A DNA stretch of 64,000 bases from an uncultured Alphaproteobacteria bacterium (GCA_902625365.1 CACOAX010000001.1:104310-168309); one strand, 5' to 3'; shown: positions 30,476 to 41,434, counted from the first letter of the stretch. Program-made: numbers and translations. The notes: generated from the sequence alone by a model not told the origin.

Positions 30476-31068
30476 TTAATAAAATAAATATATTTTCAGA
30501 TAAAAAAATTAAATTTTTTTTTAATGATTTACTAGCTGATTATGAATTATTTTTTATGAACTATAATGAAATCGAAAAAGTATTAGACTATACTAGTGCT
30601 AATATTATTTTAATAAATGAGCTCAAAATCACTGAATTGATTAATTTTAAAGATCTGAATGATAATTTTCTAATATTGTCTACTTTTAAAAATACAAATT
30701 TTAAAGGAAAAAACTTATTTATAAAAACTCCAGCAACAATTAATTATATAAAAGCAAAAATAGAAAACTTTCTAGAAAATCTTAAAATTCAATTTCACGA
30801 TATTAGCATTGTTAATGAAAAATTAACAAATAAAAGTAACAATTCTTACTGTTATCTAACAAAATTAGAATCAGATATTTTAACTCATTTAATTATTGAG
30901 AAAGAAAGTACCAAAAAGTATATTAAAGAAAATATTTTAAAAATTAAAAATACAATTCAAACAAACTCTCTTGATAGTCATCTTACTAGAATAAGAAAAA
31001 AATTGAATCAAATCAATGCGTCCGTAAAGATACAATCAAAAAGTGATAAACTTCTTATTAAAAGTTAG
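30472..31068 (+). CDS. OmpR/PhoB-type winged-helix regulator with degenerate (pseudo-)receiver domain
   Basis: C-terminal LTKLESDILTHLI ... LDSHLTRIRKKL (Trans_reg_C pattern). In the N-terminal ~110 aa the expected phospho-acceptor position reads IILINEL (no Asp). TTG start overlapping yggS stop. Confidence 0.5.
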   Translation: MINKINIFSDKKIKFFFNDLLADYELFFMNYNEIEKVLDYTSANIILINELKITELINFKDLNDNFLILSTFKNTNFKGKNLFIKTPATINYIKAKIENFLENLKIQFHDISIVNEKLTNKSNNSYCYLTKLESDILTHLIIEKESTKKYIKENILKIKNTIQTNSLDSHLTRIRKKLNQINASVKIQSKSDKLLIKS

Positions 31069-31664
31069 TTTAAAAGTTTAGGGTTTATTAATTTAAAAAA
31101 TTTTTTATCAAAATCTTCGTTATAATTATGATTGAAAATTGATATTTGAAGAAATTCGTCATCAATAAACACCTCAATTTTCCTTAGTATTAGTGGTGTA
31201 TTTTCAAAATAAACTTTAATTATATACTCCCCTTCATCATGGATATTAATTCCACTTTTTTCAAGTATTACTTCATCTTTTTTTACTATAATTTTTCCAT
31301 CTTCAAAAAAAAATGGATTTCTAAAGATATCATAAAAAAACCACGCGTTCGTGTTTTTTGGATCAAAAAACTCATCCTCTTCTAGTTCATAATTATAATA
31401 CATAGCTTTATCTTCATCTAAAACTATTAAAATTTTAGATGGATATAAATATTCAGCTCTTACTCTTTCTCTTCCAATATAAATTCTGCCTTCACTTAAA
31501 TTTTCACTATCATTTTGAATAAACGATGCAGAAAAATTCTCTATCAAGTTTAAATGATTTAAAATCTTATATTTTAAATCCGTATTTCCATCAACTTTGT
31601 ATGAAAAAATTAAAAAAATAATAACATAAAAACAACTCAAGTATTTTTCATTTTTTGAGAACAT
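31065..31664 (-). CDS. lolA: outer-membrane lipoprotein carrier LolA-like
   Basis: Signal peptide then ENFSASFIQ...GRIYIGRERVRAEY; classical ftsK-lolA order. Internal Met 31664 preferred. Confidence 0.65.
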   Translation of the reverse strand: MFSKNEKYLSCFYVIIFLIFSYKVDGNTDLKYKILNHLNLIENFSASFIQNDSENLSEGRIYIGRERVRAEYLYPSKILIVLDEDKAMYYNYELEEDEFFDPKNTNAWFFYDIFRNPFFFEDGKIIVKKDEVILEKSGINIHDEGEYIIKVYFENTPLILRKIEVFIDDEFLQISIFNHNYNEDFDKKFFKLINPKLLN

Positions 31665-33882
31665 GTCTCTTACCCGCATTGTTTGCTTCACTTATGATGC
31701 CATCTTCTTCCATTTTTTCTATAATTCTAGCTGCTCTATTGTAGCCTATCTGAAGGTATCTTTGAACATAACTAGTAGAAACCTTTTGTTGTTTGATTAC
31801 TATTTCTACCGCCTTACTGTATAACTCATCATTATTGCTTGAAACTAAATCTTCTTTGATTACAGAACTCAAATCTTCTTCAGATAATGAGATTTCATTT
31901 TTATAATCAAATACAGCCTGTTTCTTTATATGAGTAACGACTCTATCAACTTCAGTTTCTGAAACAAAGCCTCCATGAAGTCTTTTTATTACACCACCAT
32001 TTTCTAAGAATAACATATCACCACTTCCCAGTAATTGTTCTGCACCCATTTCATTTAAGATTGTTCTACTATCAAATTTGCTTGATACTTTGTAACTAAT
32101 ACGACTTGGAAAATTTGCTTTTATAGTACCAGTTATAACATCAACACTAGGTCTTTGAGTTGCCGTTATTAAATGAATCCCTGAAGCTCTTGCCATTTGT
32201 GCTAATCTTTGAATCAATGATTCAACTTCTTTCCCAGCTACCATCATTAAATCTGCCATTTCATCAATTACAACAACAATATATGGCATTTTTTCAAGTT
32301 GTATTTCTTGCTTCTCAATTATTGGCATTCGTGAGTCATCATCTATTCCAGTTTGAACTTCTCTATAGAGTTTTCTACCAGACGAAATAGTTCTAAGAAC
32401 TTTTCCATTATAGGAGTCTATATTTTTTACGTTCAAAGAACTCATTAGTTTATACCTATTTTCCATTTCTCTAACAACCCACTTAAGAGCAAAAACTGCT
32501 TTCTTTGGATCTGTAACAACAGGTGTTAACAAATGAGGTATATCTTCATAAATACTTAACTCTAACATTTTAGGATCTATCAAAATTAACTTACATTCAT
32601 TAGGTTGAAATTTGTAAAGTATACTCAATATCATTGTATTAATACCTACTGATTTTCCTGAACCTGTTGTTCCAGCGATTAGTAAATGAGGCATACGTTC
32701 TAAATTTGCAAAGATACTTTTACCTGATATATCTTTACCAAGAGCTAACGTAAGAGACTCACTTTGTATTTTAAACTCTTCTTCCTCGATTAAATCACCA
32801 AACAAAACACTATCTCTTTTCATATTTGGAATCTCAATTCCCAAGCTCGTTTTTCCTGGTTGCGTTGAAATTCTTGCAGAAATAGATGACATTGCCCTAG
32901 CAATATCATCTGACAAACCTATTACTTTACTAGATTTGATACCAGCATTTGGTACAAATTCAAATAATGTTACAATTGGACCACTGCTAAAACCAATAAT
33001 TTTACCATCAACACCATATTCAGAAAGTGTCTTCTCTAATTTTATTGCTGCACTCTCATTTATTTTATCCAACTCTTTGTTTTTATTATTTCTTAAATTT
33101 GATTTTGAAAGAAGATCTGTTGATGGGAGATTAAAACTGAAACTTTCTATCTCAAGCTGTTTCTCAGGTTTTGATTTTACGTTTTTTTCTATGTTTAAAT
33201 TAACATAATTTCTTTTTCTTATCGTAGGCTCACTCCTTAAAGTTTTCTTAGCTGAACTTTTTTTAAACTGCACATATTTCAGCAACTTAAATATCGAAAA
33301 CAAAAATTTTAAGTATTTTAAAAACTTTAAAAAAGAAGTAATTTTATTTATCCAGGATAAATTTATTTTAAAAGATAATAATACTAAAACTATACCAAAT
33401 ATTAAAAGTAAAATATTAATAGTAAAATAAATGACAATATTTTCTGCCAGATTTAAATTAATACTTGTAAATAAGTCGACCAGGAATTGAGAAATTAGAC
33501 CTGTGTTTAAATATGTAATATCAACCGATCTTAGAGAAACATTTATAATAATTATACCTGTCAGATTTGATAAAAATTTTAAAACTACAAATCGATTAGC
33601 TATACCTAAAAATAACTTTCCACCCTCTGTTGTAATAAAAAATGCCAATAAATAGCTTAGTGTGCCAATAAAAATCAATGAATAACTTGAGAGATGTGCC
33701 CCAAAAAATCCCAAAAGATTGCCTACCTCAATGTTATTTACGTTGTACCTATATTGATTAAACCCAGGATCATTTGGAGAAAATGAATAAAGACTAGTAA
33801 TATAAATTAGGCCGAATAAAAATAAAACTATTCCTACAAAAAACTTAATTACAAAATTTCTAAATGAACCATACTTGAACAT
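31648..33882 (-). CDS. ftsK: DNA translocase FtsK
   Basis: N-terminal TM domain; Walker A LLIAGTTGSGKSVGIN, Walker B VVVIDEMADLMM; gamma winged helix STSYVQRYLQIGYNRAARIIEKME. Confidence 0.95.
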   Translation of the reverse strand: MFKYGSFRNFVIKFFVGIVLFLFGLIYITSLYSFSPNDPGFNQYRYNVNNIEVGNLLGFFGAHLSSYSLIFIGTLSYLLAFFITTEGGKLFLGIANRFVVLKFLSNLTGIIIINVSLRSVDITYLNTGLISQFLVDLFTSINLNLAENIVIYFTINILLLIFGIVLVLLSFKINLSWINKITSFLKFLKYLKFLFSIFKLLKYVQFKKSSAKKTLRSEPTIRKRNYVNLNIEKNVKSKPEKQLEIESFSFNLPSTDLLSKSNLRNNKNKELDKINESAAIKLEKTLSEYGVDGKIIGFSSGPIVTLFEFVPNAGIKSSKVIGLSDDIARAMSSISARISTQPGKTSLGIEIPNMKRDSVLFGDLIEEEEFKIQSESLTLALGKDISGKSIFANLERMPHLLIAGTTGSGKSVGINTMILSILYKFQPNECKLILIDPKMLELSIYEDIPHLLTPVVTDPKKAVFALKWVVREMENRYKLMSSLNVKNIDSYNGKVLRTISSGRKLYREVQTGIDDDSRMPIIEKQEIQLEKMPYIVVVIDEMADLMMVAGKEVESLIQRLAQMARASGIHLITATQRPSVDVITGTIKANFPSRISYKVSSKFDSRTILNEMGAEQLLGSGDMLFLENGGVIKRLHGGFVSETEVDRVVTHIKKQAVFDYKNEISLSEEDLSSVIKEDLVSSNNDELYSKAVEIVIKQQKVSTSYVQRYLQIGYNRAARIIEKMEEDGIISEANNAGKRHVLKK

Positions 33883-33929
33883 ATAGTTAGATTGTAATAC
33901 ATTTAGATTATGGTAATTCGAAGAAAATT

Positions 33930-35111
33930 ATGAAAGAAATTCAATCTAACATCAATATAATAGGGGGAGGTCTCATAGGGGCTATTACAGCATATTCACT
34001 TTCTAAACTTGGTAATAAAGTAGTAGTTTTAGAGCAAAATACCAAATTTAATCATAAAAATATTTTAGACAAAAGAACTACAGCAATTTCAGAGGGTACG
34101 AAAAAATTTCTTGAAGAATTAAATATTTGGAATGAAATTGGTAATTATGCAGAACCAATAAAGAATATTCAGATAATTGACAGAAATCAATCAAACAAAA
34201 TTTATTTTGACAACCAAAGAAGAAAATCCAATCTTGGTTATATAGTTAAAAACGAGTTTATACTTGATTGCTTGTATAAAAAATTACAAAAACAAGAAAA
34301 TGTAGAAATTTTTAATAATGTTTCTATTAAAGATATTTTTTATCAAGGCGATAGGATCATAACCAAGCAAAATAACCTCTATGTTAATACAAATATCCTA
34401 ATTGCATGTGATGGGAAAAACAGCTCTATAAGAAAAATTTTTAAAACACCAGTTTATAGAAAAGATTATAAAAAAAAGGCAATTGTTATAAATTTTTATC
34501 ACTCAAAGAATCACAATAACACTGCTTACGAGTTCTTCTTTAAAAATGGACCTCTTGCAATTTTACCAATGCAAAAAAACAAAAATCAGTTTCAAAGTTC
34601 CATGGTTTGGACAAACACTAATAAATTTATTAACTCTTTACTTTCTTTAGATGATAATAATCTTATTTCTATTCTAAACGAAAAGACACAGGGAAGTGTA
34701 GGTGAGATAAAAAAAATAATCACTAAACAAACCTTTCCTTTAAAAGCTCATTTAAACTCTAAATTTTTTGAGAATAGAATAATTTATTTAGGTGACTCAG
34801 CTCACTCATTTCACCCAATTGCAGGACAAGGGTGGAATTTAGGCATGCAAGATGTAGAAAGTGTATATAATCTAGTAAAAAAATATAACTCTTTAGGTTT
34901 GGAATTGGGAGATGAAATATTTTGTAAAGAATTTCAGAAAGATAATTTTTTCAAAGCCTATAGGTTGTATCAAATTACCGATAAAGTTGATAGTGTCTTT
35001 AAATTAGACAATACATTTTTTAATTATGCAAGATTTTCAGCTATTAATTTAATAGAGAGAAGTAAAAAATTAAAAAATCAGATAAGTGATTTTGCTATGG
35101 GTATTAATTAA
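33930..35111 (+). CDS. UbiH/UbiF/Coq6-family FAD-dependent ubiquinone hydroxylase
   Basis: IIGGGLIGA and LGDSAHSFHPIAGQGWNLG. Confidence 0.85.
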   Translation: MKEIQSNINIIGGGLIGAITAYSLSKLGNKVVVLEQNTKFNHKNILDKRTTAISEGTKKFLEELNIWNEIGNYAEPIKNIQIIDRNQSNKIYFDNQRRKSNLGYIVKNEFILDCLYKKLQKQENVEIFNNVSIKDIFYQGDRIITKQNNLYVNTNILIACDGKNSSIRKIFKTPVYRKDYKKKAIVINFYHSKNHNNTAYEFFFKNGPLAILPMQKNKNQFQSSMVWTNTNKFINSLLSLDDNNLISILNEKTQGSVGEIKKIITKQTFPLKAHLNSKFFENRIIYLGDSAHSFHPIAGQGWNLGMQDVESVYNLVKKYNSLGLELGDEIFCKEFQKDNFFKAYRLYQITDKVDSVFKLDNTFFNYARFSAINLIERSKKLKNQISDFAMGIN

Positions 35112-35697
35112 TAGTTTTACTATTATTATCTTCAACTATCTCAAGTTCCAAAATCGAATGAAGTTTTTTATAAAAATCACTTAAATTTTTTGTTTCCAAA
35201 AGAACCTGTTTTTCAATATCACTAAAAGGGGATATCATTGCTATAAACTTTATAATTTGATTAAAATCAATATTTTGAATTTCTTCCAAGTTTAAGTTAA
35301 TTTTTTTGACTTTAATATATTGGCTATACTTATCTAAAAGATTATTTTTTTGTTTTTCATTTATAATGTTTTTATTTTCCTCAAAATCCAACATTTCAGC
35401 CTCAACCAACCTAAACTTATATTTTTTTTCTAACTCTTTCTTAACTTTAAAACAATTAGTACCCTGTAGACTAATTAAATATCGCCCATCTGTTGTTTCA
35501 CTAAAACTATGAATTTTTCCAATACAACCAATATTATAGAGTTTATTTTTTTCATCAGATTGTATCATGCCTATGTACCTTTCCTTTGAAAGAGCGTAGT
35601 CAACCATCTCAATATATCTTTTTTCAAATATATTCAGAGGCAAGCTTGTTCCTGGAAAAAGGACGGCACCGTTTAAAGGAAAAATAGGGATTTCCAT
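35104..35697 (-). CDS. Lon N-terminal (LON substrate-binding) domain protein
   Basis: IPIFPLNGAVLFPGTSLPLNIFEKRYIEMV. Confidence 0.8.
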   Translation of the reverse strand: MEIPIFPLNGAVLFPGTSLPLNIFEKRYIEMVDYALSKERYIGMIQSDEKNKLYNIGCIGKIHSFSETTDGRYLISLQGTNCFKVKKELEKKYKFRLVEAEMLDFEENKNIINEKQKNNLLDKYSQYIKVKKINLNLEEIQNIDFNQIIKFIAMISPFSDIEKQVLLETKNLSDFYKKLHSILELEIVEDNNSKTIN

Positions 35698-35698
35698 G

Positions 35699-36565
35699 TT
35701 ATGAAAACATTAATTGTGAAAGTTTTTTCCTATATTGAATAGTAATTTGATCAGTATTTCCAAGTACAGCAAAAAATTCTACCATCTTATTTTTTATACT
35801 ATCCTTATTTTTTGGATAATTTTTTAGAAGCAAATCCATTCCATTTTCATATTGTTTCATTGAAAAATATTTATCCGATATTTCTAAAACTAAATCAATA
35901 TTATTTGGCTCACTCTCAAGTTTGCCAAGCAACTCATTTATATTTGGTCCGGATGAATTATTTTTCACAATTTCCATTTTTTTTAAAACCTGTTTAACCT
36001 CATCCTTATTTTGTACATCTTTTTCTAACGAACTAATGAACATCTCAACTTCTTCAAATTGTTTAAGTTCAATCAAACACTCTAAATAAAAACAAATACC
36101 TTTGATCTCGTCTGAGTTTTTAGAAATAAATTCTAGAAGAGTGTCTTTAGTTTCTTCAAACTTATTTTCAGCCATAGCACTTTCTATTTCATTATAAAAT
36201 TCAGTGAAGTCTTCATTAATTTTAGACCCTAAACACTTTTCAATAAATTCAATTATTTGGCCTTCAGGAATAACGCCCTGAAATGCATTAACAATTTGTT
36301 TATCTTTGAAAGCGTAGACAGTAGGAATTGATTGAATTCTTAATTGCGCAGCAATTTGTTGATTTTCATCAATATTTATTTTTACTAAAGTGATTTTATC
36401 CCCTGATTTTGATATTATTTTTTCTAAAATTGGTGTTAATTGTTTACAAGGACCACACCAAGGAGCCCAAAAATCAACAACAATTAATTTTCTCTCACTT
36501 GCCTCAATAACCTGATCATTAAACTCTGCTTCAGTAACATCGATTATATTTGTATTTTCACTCAT
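35699..36565 (-). CDS. thioredoxin-domain plus TPR-like co-chaperone (YbbN/CnoX-like)
   Basis: FWAPWCGPCKQL active site followed by ~170-aa helical repeat region. Confidence 0.85.
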   Translation of the reverse strand: MSENTNIIDVTEAEFNDQVIEASERKLIVVDFWAPWCGPCKQLTPILEKIISKSGDKITLVKINIDENQQIAAQLRIQSIPTVYAFKDKQIVNAFQGVIPEGQIIEFIEKCLGSKINEDFTEFYNEIESAMAENKFEETKDTLLEFISKNSDEIKGICFYLECLIELKQFEEVEMFISSLEKDVQNKDEVKQVLKKMEIVKNNSSGPNINELLGKLESEPNNIDLVLEISDKYFSMKQYENGMDLLLKNYPKNKDSIKNKMVEFFAVLGNTDQITIQYRKKLSQLMFS

Positions 36566-37074
36566 AAAGATTTGACTATACTATAACTATCCAAAGAAAA
36601 AATATGAATTTTTTTATTATTTTCAAGGAGGAAGTTAATAAACTCTGAAGTCTTTATACTTATAGTTGTTGTGTTAATTAGGGGGTGGAAGTTAATTAAT
36701 TCACTGTTAAAAAGTTTTTCATCTAAGTAAAATTCAACAACATTATGCTTGTCGTTAAGAAGGGCAAATGGGGAGACTGATCCTGGCTTTATACCTAAAA
36801 ACTGCTCTAAATATTCAGCATTTGCAAATGATAAATTCTTAGCATCGATTGATTTAGAAAATAGCTTTAAATCAACCTTTGCATTTTCTTCACAACTAAA
36901 AAGAAAAAAATTATTTTTTTTATTTTTTAAAAATAAATTTTTTGTATGTGCCCCTTTAATCTCACCTCTTAAATTTTCAGAATCTTCAACTGTAAATAAA
37001 GGATCATGATCATGTATTTGAAAATCTATATTTTTTATACTAAGTAATTCAAATAAATCTGTCTTTGTAAGCAT
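36562..37074 (-). CDS. YbaK/ProX-family aminoacyl-tRNA editing domain protein
   Basis: HTKNLFLKNKK ... GIKPGSVSPFALLND. Confidence 0.75.
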   Translation of the reverse strand: MLTKTDLFELLSIKNIDFQIHDHDPLFTVEDSENLRGEIKGAHTKNLFLKNKKNNFFLFSCEENAKVDLKLFSKSIDAKNLSFANAEYLEQFLGIKPGSVSPFALLNDKHNVVEFYLDEKLFNSELINFHPLINTTTISIKTSEFINFLLENNKKIHIFSLDSYSIVKSL

Positions 37075-37131
37075 AAATAATATTATATTTATTAAGAAAT
37101 AAGGTATTTAAATACAATTACAAAATTAACA

Positions 37132-38607
37132 ATGGGAAAAAAAGCAGTAGTTATAGGAAGTGGTTTTGGAGGTATTGCGATTAGTCTAAGACTAAAAAAA
37201 TTAGGCTATGATACAACAATTATTGAAAAACTAGACCAGCTTGGAGGAAGAGCAAGAGTTTTTGAAGTGAATGGTTTTAAACATGATGCTGGACCAACAG
37301 TTATAACAGCACCATTTCTTTTTGATGAATTATTTAGTCTATTTGGAAAAAAAAGAGAAGATTATTTGAGTTTTGTTCCTCTTGAGCCCTGGTATAGATA
37401 TTATTTTCATGATGGTAAAACTTTTGATTATTGTTCTACTATCGAAAAGACTAATAACGAAATAAGCAAATATGATAATAGAGACATCAAAGGATATTCT
37501 AAACTTTTAAATCAATCAAAAAAAATTTTTGATGTAGGGTTCACACAATTAGCTGACAAACCATTTATTTCTTTTTTTAAAATGTTAGGCGTTATTCCTA
37601 ATTTAATTATTTTAAAAAGTTATCTCACAGTATCTCAACTTGTAAATAGTTATCTAAAAAATCCATATCTTAGAAAAGCATTTTCAATTCACCCACTTTT
37701 AGTTGGAGGTGATCCTCACACAACAACATCTATTTACGCTTTGATTCATTATTTAGAGAGAAAATGGGGTGTATTTTTTTGTATGGGTGGAACTGGTAAA
37801 ATCGTATCTGAACTAAAACAATTAATGATTGATTGTGGTATTAAAATAAAAACAAATACAGAGGCAAAAGAATTTATTGTTGAAAATAATAGGATAACAA
37901 AAATATTAACAAACAATGAAGAGATTTCCAATATAGATCTGGTTGTTTGTAATGCTGATCCACCCATGGTTTACTCCAAACTTTTAAAAAAACAAAATTT
38001 AACAAGACCTGTATTAAAAGAAAAAAACTTATTGTATTCAATGGGGCTCTTTGTTCTTTTCTTTGGTACGAAAAAACAATACCATAAAGTTGCTCATCAT
38101 ACTATTTGGATGACTGAAAGATTTAAATCTTTACTTCATGATATATTTAAAAATAAAATATTATCTGAAGATTTTTCTTTATATATTCATAGACCTACCG
38201 CAACTGATAAGTCGTTTGCTCCGGAAGGATGTGATAGTTTTTATGTTCTATGCCCAGTACCCAATTTACAAGGCAAAATTGATTGGGATATTGAATCAGA
38301 AAACCTTAAAAATAAGATAGTTAAAGAATTATCACAAACAATTATGCCAGATTTAGAAAAGAGTATTACAGATGTTTTTTGGATGAACCCTAAAGATTTT
38401 AAAAACGATTATAATTCTATGCACGGAGCAGGATTTTCTATAGCCCCAATTTTTACACAGTCAGCTTGGTTTAGATATCACAACAAAGACAAAAAAATTA
38501 AAAATTTATATTTTTCTGCAGCAGGTTCTCATCCAGGGGCTGGAATACCAGGTGTTCTTTCCTCAGCTAAAGTTGTTGAAAATATCATCAAATCTGAATT
38601 AAAATAA
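37132..38607 (+). CDS. crtI: phytoene desaturase
   Basis: AVVIGSGFGGIA...GGRA dinucleotide fold; C-terminal GSHPGAGIPGV. Confidence 0.92.
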   Translation: MGKKAVVIGSGFGGIAISLRLKKLGYDTTIIEKLDQLGGRARVFEVNGFKHDAGPTVITAPFLFDELFSLFGKKREDYLSFVPLEPWYRYYFHDGKTFDYCSTIEKTNNEISKYDNRDIKGYSKLLNQSKKIFDVGFTQLADKPFISFFKMLGVIPNLIILKSYLTVSQLVNSYLKNPYLRKAFSIHPLLVGGDPHTTTSIYALIHYLERKWGVFFCMGGTGKIVSELKQLMIDCGIKIKTNTEAKEFIVENNRITKILTNNEEISNIDLVVCNADPPMVYSKLLKKQNLTRPVLKEKNLLYSMGLFVLFFGTKKQYHKVAHHTIWMTERFKSLLHDIFKNKILSEDFSLYIHRPTATDKSFAPEGCDSFYVLCPVPNLQGKIDWDIESENLKNKIVKELSQTIMPDLEKSITDVFWMNPKDFKNDYNSMHGAGFSIAPIFTQSAWFRYHNKDKKIKNLYFSAAGSHPGAGIPGVLSSAKVVENIIKSELK

Positions 38608-38609
38608 CA

Positions 38610-39491
38610 ATGATTGATTTAGAACTAAATTCGTCAACCGACCTTAAAAGAGAAGGTAAAAGTTTTTATTGGGCAAGTTTTTTTTTACCAAACAGTTCGA
38701 AAAAAAATGCTGGTATTCTATATTCGATTTGTAGATATTTTGATGATATTGCTGATAAGCATAGCCAAGACCAATCTAACTATCTTAAAAACTCAATTGA
38801 GGAAATTAAAAATAATAAAAACAATAAGGTAAATGTTTTTTTAAAAAAAAATAACATTAATAATGCTATTCTTATCGATTTAATTGACGGATTAATTTTG
38901 GATCAGAAGAATATTAGAATTCAAAATAAGGAGGAGCTTATAAAATACTCTTACCATGTTGCTGGGACTGTTGGTTTAATGATGTCTAAAATTATAGGAG
39001 TAAAACATAAAGAAGCATCAAAATCTGCAATTGATTTAGGAATTGGTATGCAATTAACAAATATAGCACGCGATGTTTATGAAGATTCAAAAATTAAAAG
39101 AATATATTTACCAGCTAGTTGGATACCTAATATTTCTTTAAAAGACTTAAACAATCTAAATAAATTTACTTCAGAAAATGATGAAAAAATATCAAATGCA
39201 ATTCATAAAGTAATAACTTTATCAGAAAAGTTTTATGAAAATGGTTTTGCTGGTTTGAAATATATACCCCTCTCTACTAGACTAGGAATATTCATTGCGG
39301 CTAATGTTTATAGAGGTATTGGTATAAAAATAAAATCTAATAAAAAAAAATATTTGAGAGAAAGAATATATTTAAACTCATTAGAAAAATCTTTTATTAC
39401 AATTAAATCACTTTTCCTTTTTATCTTTATCCCTTTGATGAATTATAAATATGAAACAATAAGAGATATTCTTCCAAATGAAAATTTATAA
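38610..39491 (+). CDS. crtB: phytoene synthase
   Basis: YSICRYFDDIAD and NIARDVYED (two Asp-rich squalene/phytoene synthase motifs). Confidence 0.9.
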   Translation: MIDLELNSSTDLKREGKSFYWASFFLPNSSKKNAGILYSICRYFDDIADKHSQDQSNYLKNSIEEIKNNKNNKVNVFLKKNNINNAILIDLIDGLILDQKNIRIQNKEELIKYSYHVAGTVGLMMSKIIGVKHKEASKSAIDLGIGMQLTNIARDVYEDSKIKRIYLPASWIPNISLKDLNNLNKFTSENDEKISNAIHKVITLSEKFYENGFAGLKYIPLSTRLGIFIAANVYRGIGIKIKSNKKKYLRERIYLNSLEKSFITIKSLFLFIFIPLMNYKYETIRDILPNENL

Positions 39492-40560
39492 AGCTGCTAT
39501 AATCGGTTTAGGCCCTAGTGGTTTAGCAGTAAATAAAATTCTTTACGGAAATGGCTTTAATGAAATTATTGCATTTGAAAGTGAAAACATAAATAAAAGA
39601 GATAATTTTTTTGGTTTTTGGTTAACAGATTGGATGAGGCCTTTTGAAAATATTATTGAAAAAAAATGGCATAAGTGGACTATTGGAAACAAAAATCTTG
39701 ATATAACACATACAAGTTTAGACAAACCTTATTGTGTCATAAGTTTTAAAACTTGGAAAAATTTCTGTTTAGAAACAAAAAATAACTTAGAAATAGTAAA
39801 TAAACAAGTTGTTCAATATTTTCCTGAACAAAATTATTTTAAAATAATTACTGCTGATAACAAAATATATTACGCTCAAAACATATATGATTCACGATCA
39901 ACAAAAGAAAAAAAAGGTGAATTGTTACAACATTTTTTTGGAATTAATATTACGGTAGCAGATAATACTTTTAATGAAAATAAATTAACCTTAATGCACT
40001 TTACAGAAGAAAAAAATGTTTTACACTTTATGTACATCCTGCCATTTAGTCATAATAAAGCGCTTGTTGAATCGACGGTCTTTTCAAAAGAAGTTTTTCA
40101 GAGCTCTTGGTATAGACAAAAAATAAATGATTATTTGAAGAGAAATAATATTAATACATTTAAAGAACAGAGTTCAGAAAAAGGAGTAATCCCAATGTTT
40201 TTTGCAGAGGAGAAAAGATCAGTTAATTCTAATATCTTCAATATTGGTATTAGAGGAGGTGCCTGCAAGCCTTCTACTGGATATGCCTTTTCATTTCTTA
40301 TAAAACAAATCCAATTGTTAAAAAGTTCAAAGAAAAACTATGTAAATATCCATAATTTTTTAGAAAGAAAAATGGATAAAGTTTTTATTAATTTTTTAAA
40401 AAATAACAGAGAAGATGGAAGGTCATTTATAAAGCTCGCATCTAATCTAAATGGAAATGAATTCCAAAGTTTTATGATGGGTGAATCAAATTTACTAACT
40501 AAGTTAAAAATTATAAACAGTATGCCCAAGCTTCCTTTTATAAAAGAATTATTTAAATAA
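39478..40560 (+). CDS. crtY: lycopene beta-cyclase
   Basis: AAIIGLGPSGLA; size and position between crtB and blh. Confidence 0.8.
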   Translation: MKIYKAAIIGLGPSGLAVNKILYGNGFNEIIAFESENINKRDNFFGFWLTDWMRPFENIIEKKWHKWTIGNKNLDITHTSLDKPYCVISFKTWKNFCLETKNNLEIVNKQVVQYFPEQNYFKIITADNKIYYAQNIYDSRSTKEKKGELLQHFFGINITVADNTFNENKLTLMHFTEEKNVLHFMYILPFSHNKALVESTVFSKEVFQSSWYRQKINDYLKRNNINTFKEQSSEKGVIPMFFAEEKRSVNSNIFNIGIRGGACKPSTGYAFSFLIKQIQLLKSSKKNYVNIHNFLERKMDKVFINFLKNNREDGRSFIKLASNLNGNEFQSFMMGESNLLTKLKIINSMPKLPFIKELFK

Positions 40561-40561
40561 T

Positions 40562-41380
40562 ATGTTAGCCGACCTTACAATTTTAAATATTATTTCTTTT
40601 TTACTAATTTTTTTCATTGGTCTTCCACATGGCTCATTTGATGGTGCAGTTGCTTCCTTAGTAGGTTTTAGAAACAGAATTCAATTTCTAAAATTTATAT
40701 TTTACTACCTATTTTTATTTTTTCTAGTCATTTTATTTTGGTTATATTTTCCTATTATTGCGCTAACAATTTTTATTATAATGACTATTGTCCATTTTGG
40801 ATTATGTGATTGGACAAATTTTAAAATAAACAAATATAAGTATACAATAAGCTTTACTTATGGAATGACTATTATTTTCGGAATAATATTTTTCAACGAA
40901 GATCAATCTTTTTTGATATTTGAATATTTGACAAATAATAATATTTATTCAATCCAAAAATATTTTTTTATCCCATATTTTCTAACATTATTATCTATAA
41001 TATATTTTATTTATCTCTCCTTTTTCGAAAAGAAATTACGAAAAGGAATTATTGAGATTCTATTTCTATTATTAATTTTTTATTTTTTTGATCCATTACT
41101 AAGCTTTGCAATATATTTCTGTTTTTTTCACACTTACAAACATTTGAAACATCTTATTAAAAATATTTACTTAAATTTAAAAAACAAATACTTCGTTATT
41201 TACTCCACAATAATTTTTACAGTAATTTCTTGGATTGGAGGTTTAGGAATTGTTTACTATTTATTTCAAAATTTATCATTGTATGAGTCGATATTAAAAG
41301 TGATTTTTATTGGACTAGCTGCATTAACACTTCCTCATATGTTACTTGTTGATCTTATTTACAGAAGAAGATTTAAATAA
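40562..41380 (+). CDS. blh: Brp/Blh-family beta-carotene 15,15'-dioxygenase (retinal synthesis)
   Basis: Polytopic membrane protein with the four conserved His contexts GLPHGSFDG, IVHFGLCDW, FFHTYKHL, TLPHMLL. Confidence 0.85.
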   Translation: MLADLTILNIISFLLIFFIGLPHGSFDGAVASLVGFRNRIQFLKFIFYYLFLFFLVILFWLYFPIIALTIFIIMTIVHFGLCDWTNFKINKYKYTISFTYGMTIIFGIIFFNEDQSFLIFEYLTNNNIYSIQKYFFIPYFLTLLSIIYFIYLSFFEKKLRKGIIEILFLLLIFYFFDPLLSFAIYFCFFHTYKHLKHLIKNIYLNLKNKYFVIYSTIIFTVISWIGGLGIVYYLFQNLSLYESILKVIFIGLAALTLPHMLLVDLIYRRRFK

Positions 41381-41434
41381 ATAATTTTCTCAAATATTGA
41401 CTTATAGATTCAAAGTGATAATTGTGTAATTTAA

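Noticed and set aside
41397-41430. TTGACT (41397-41402) plus GATAAT/TGTAAT as a dedicated tRNA-Gly promoter.
   Set aside because: The spacings are 14 or 22 bp, which is outside the normal window. The tRNA may be co-transcribed with blh.
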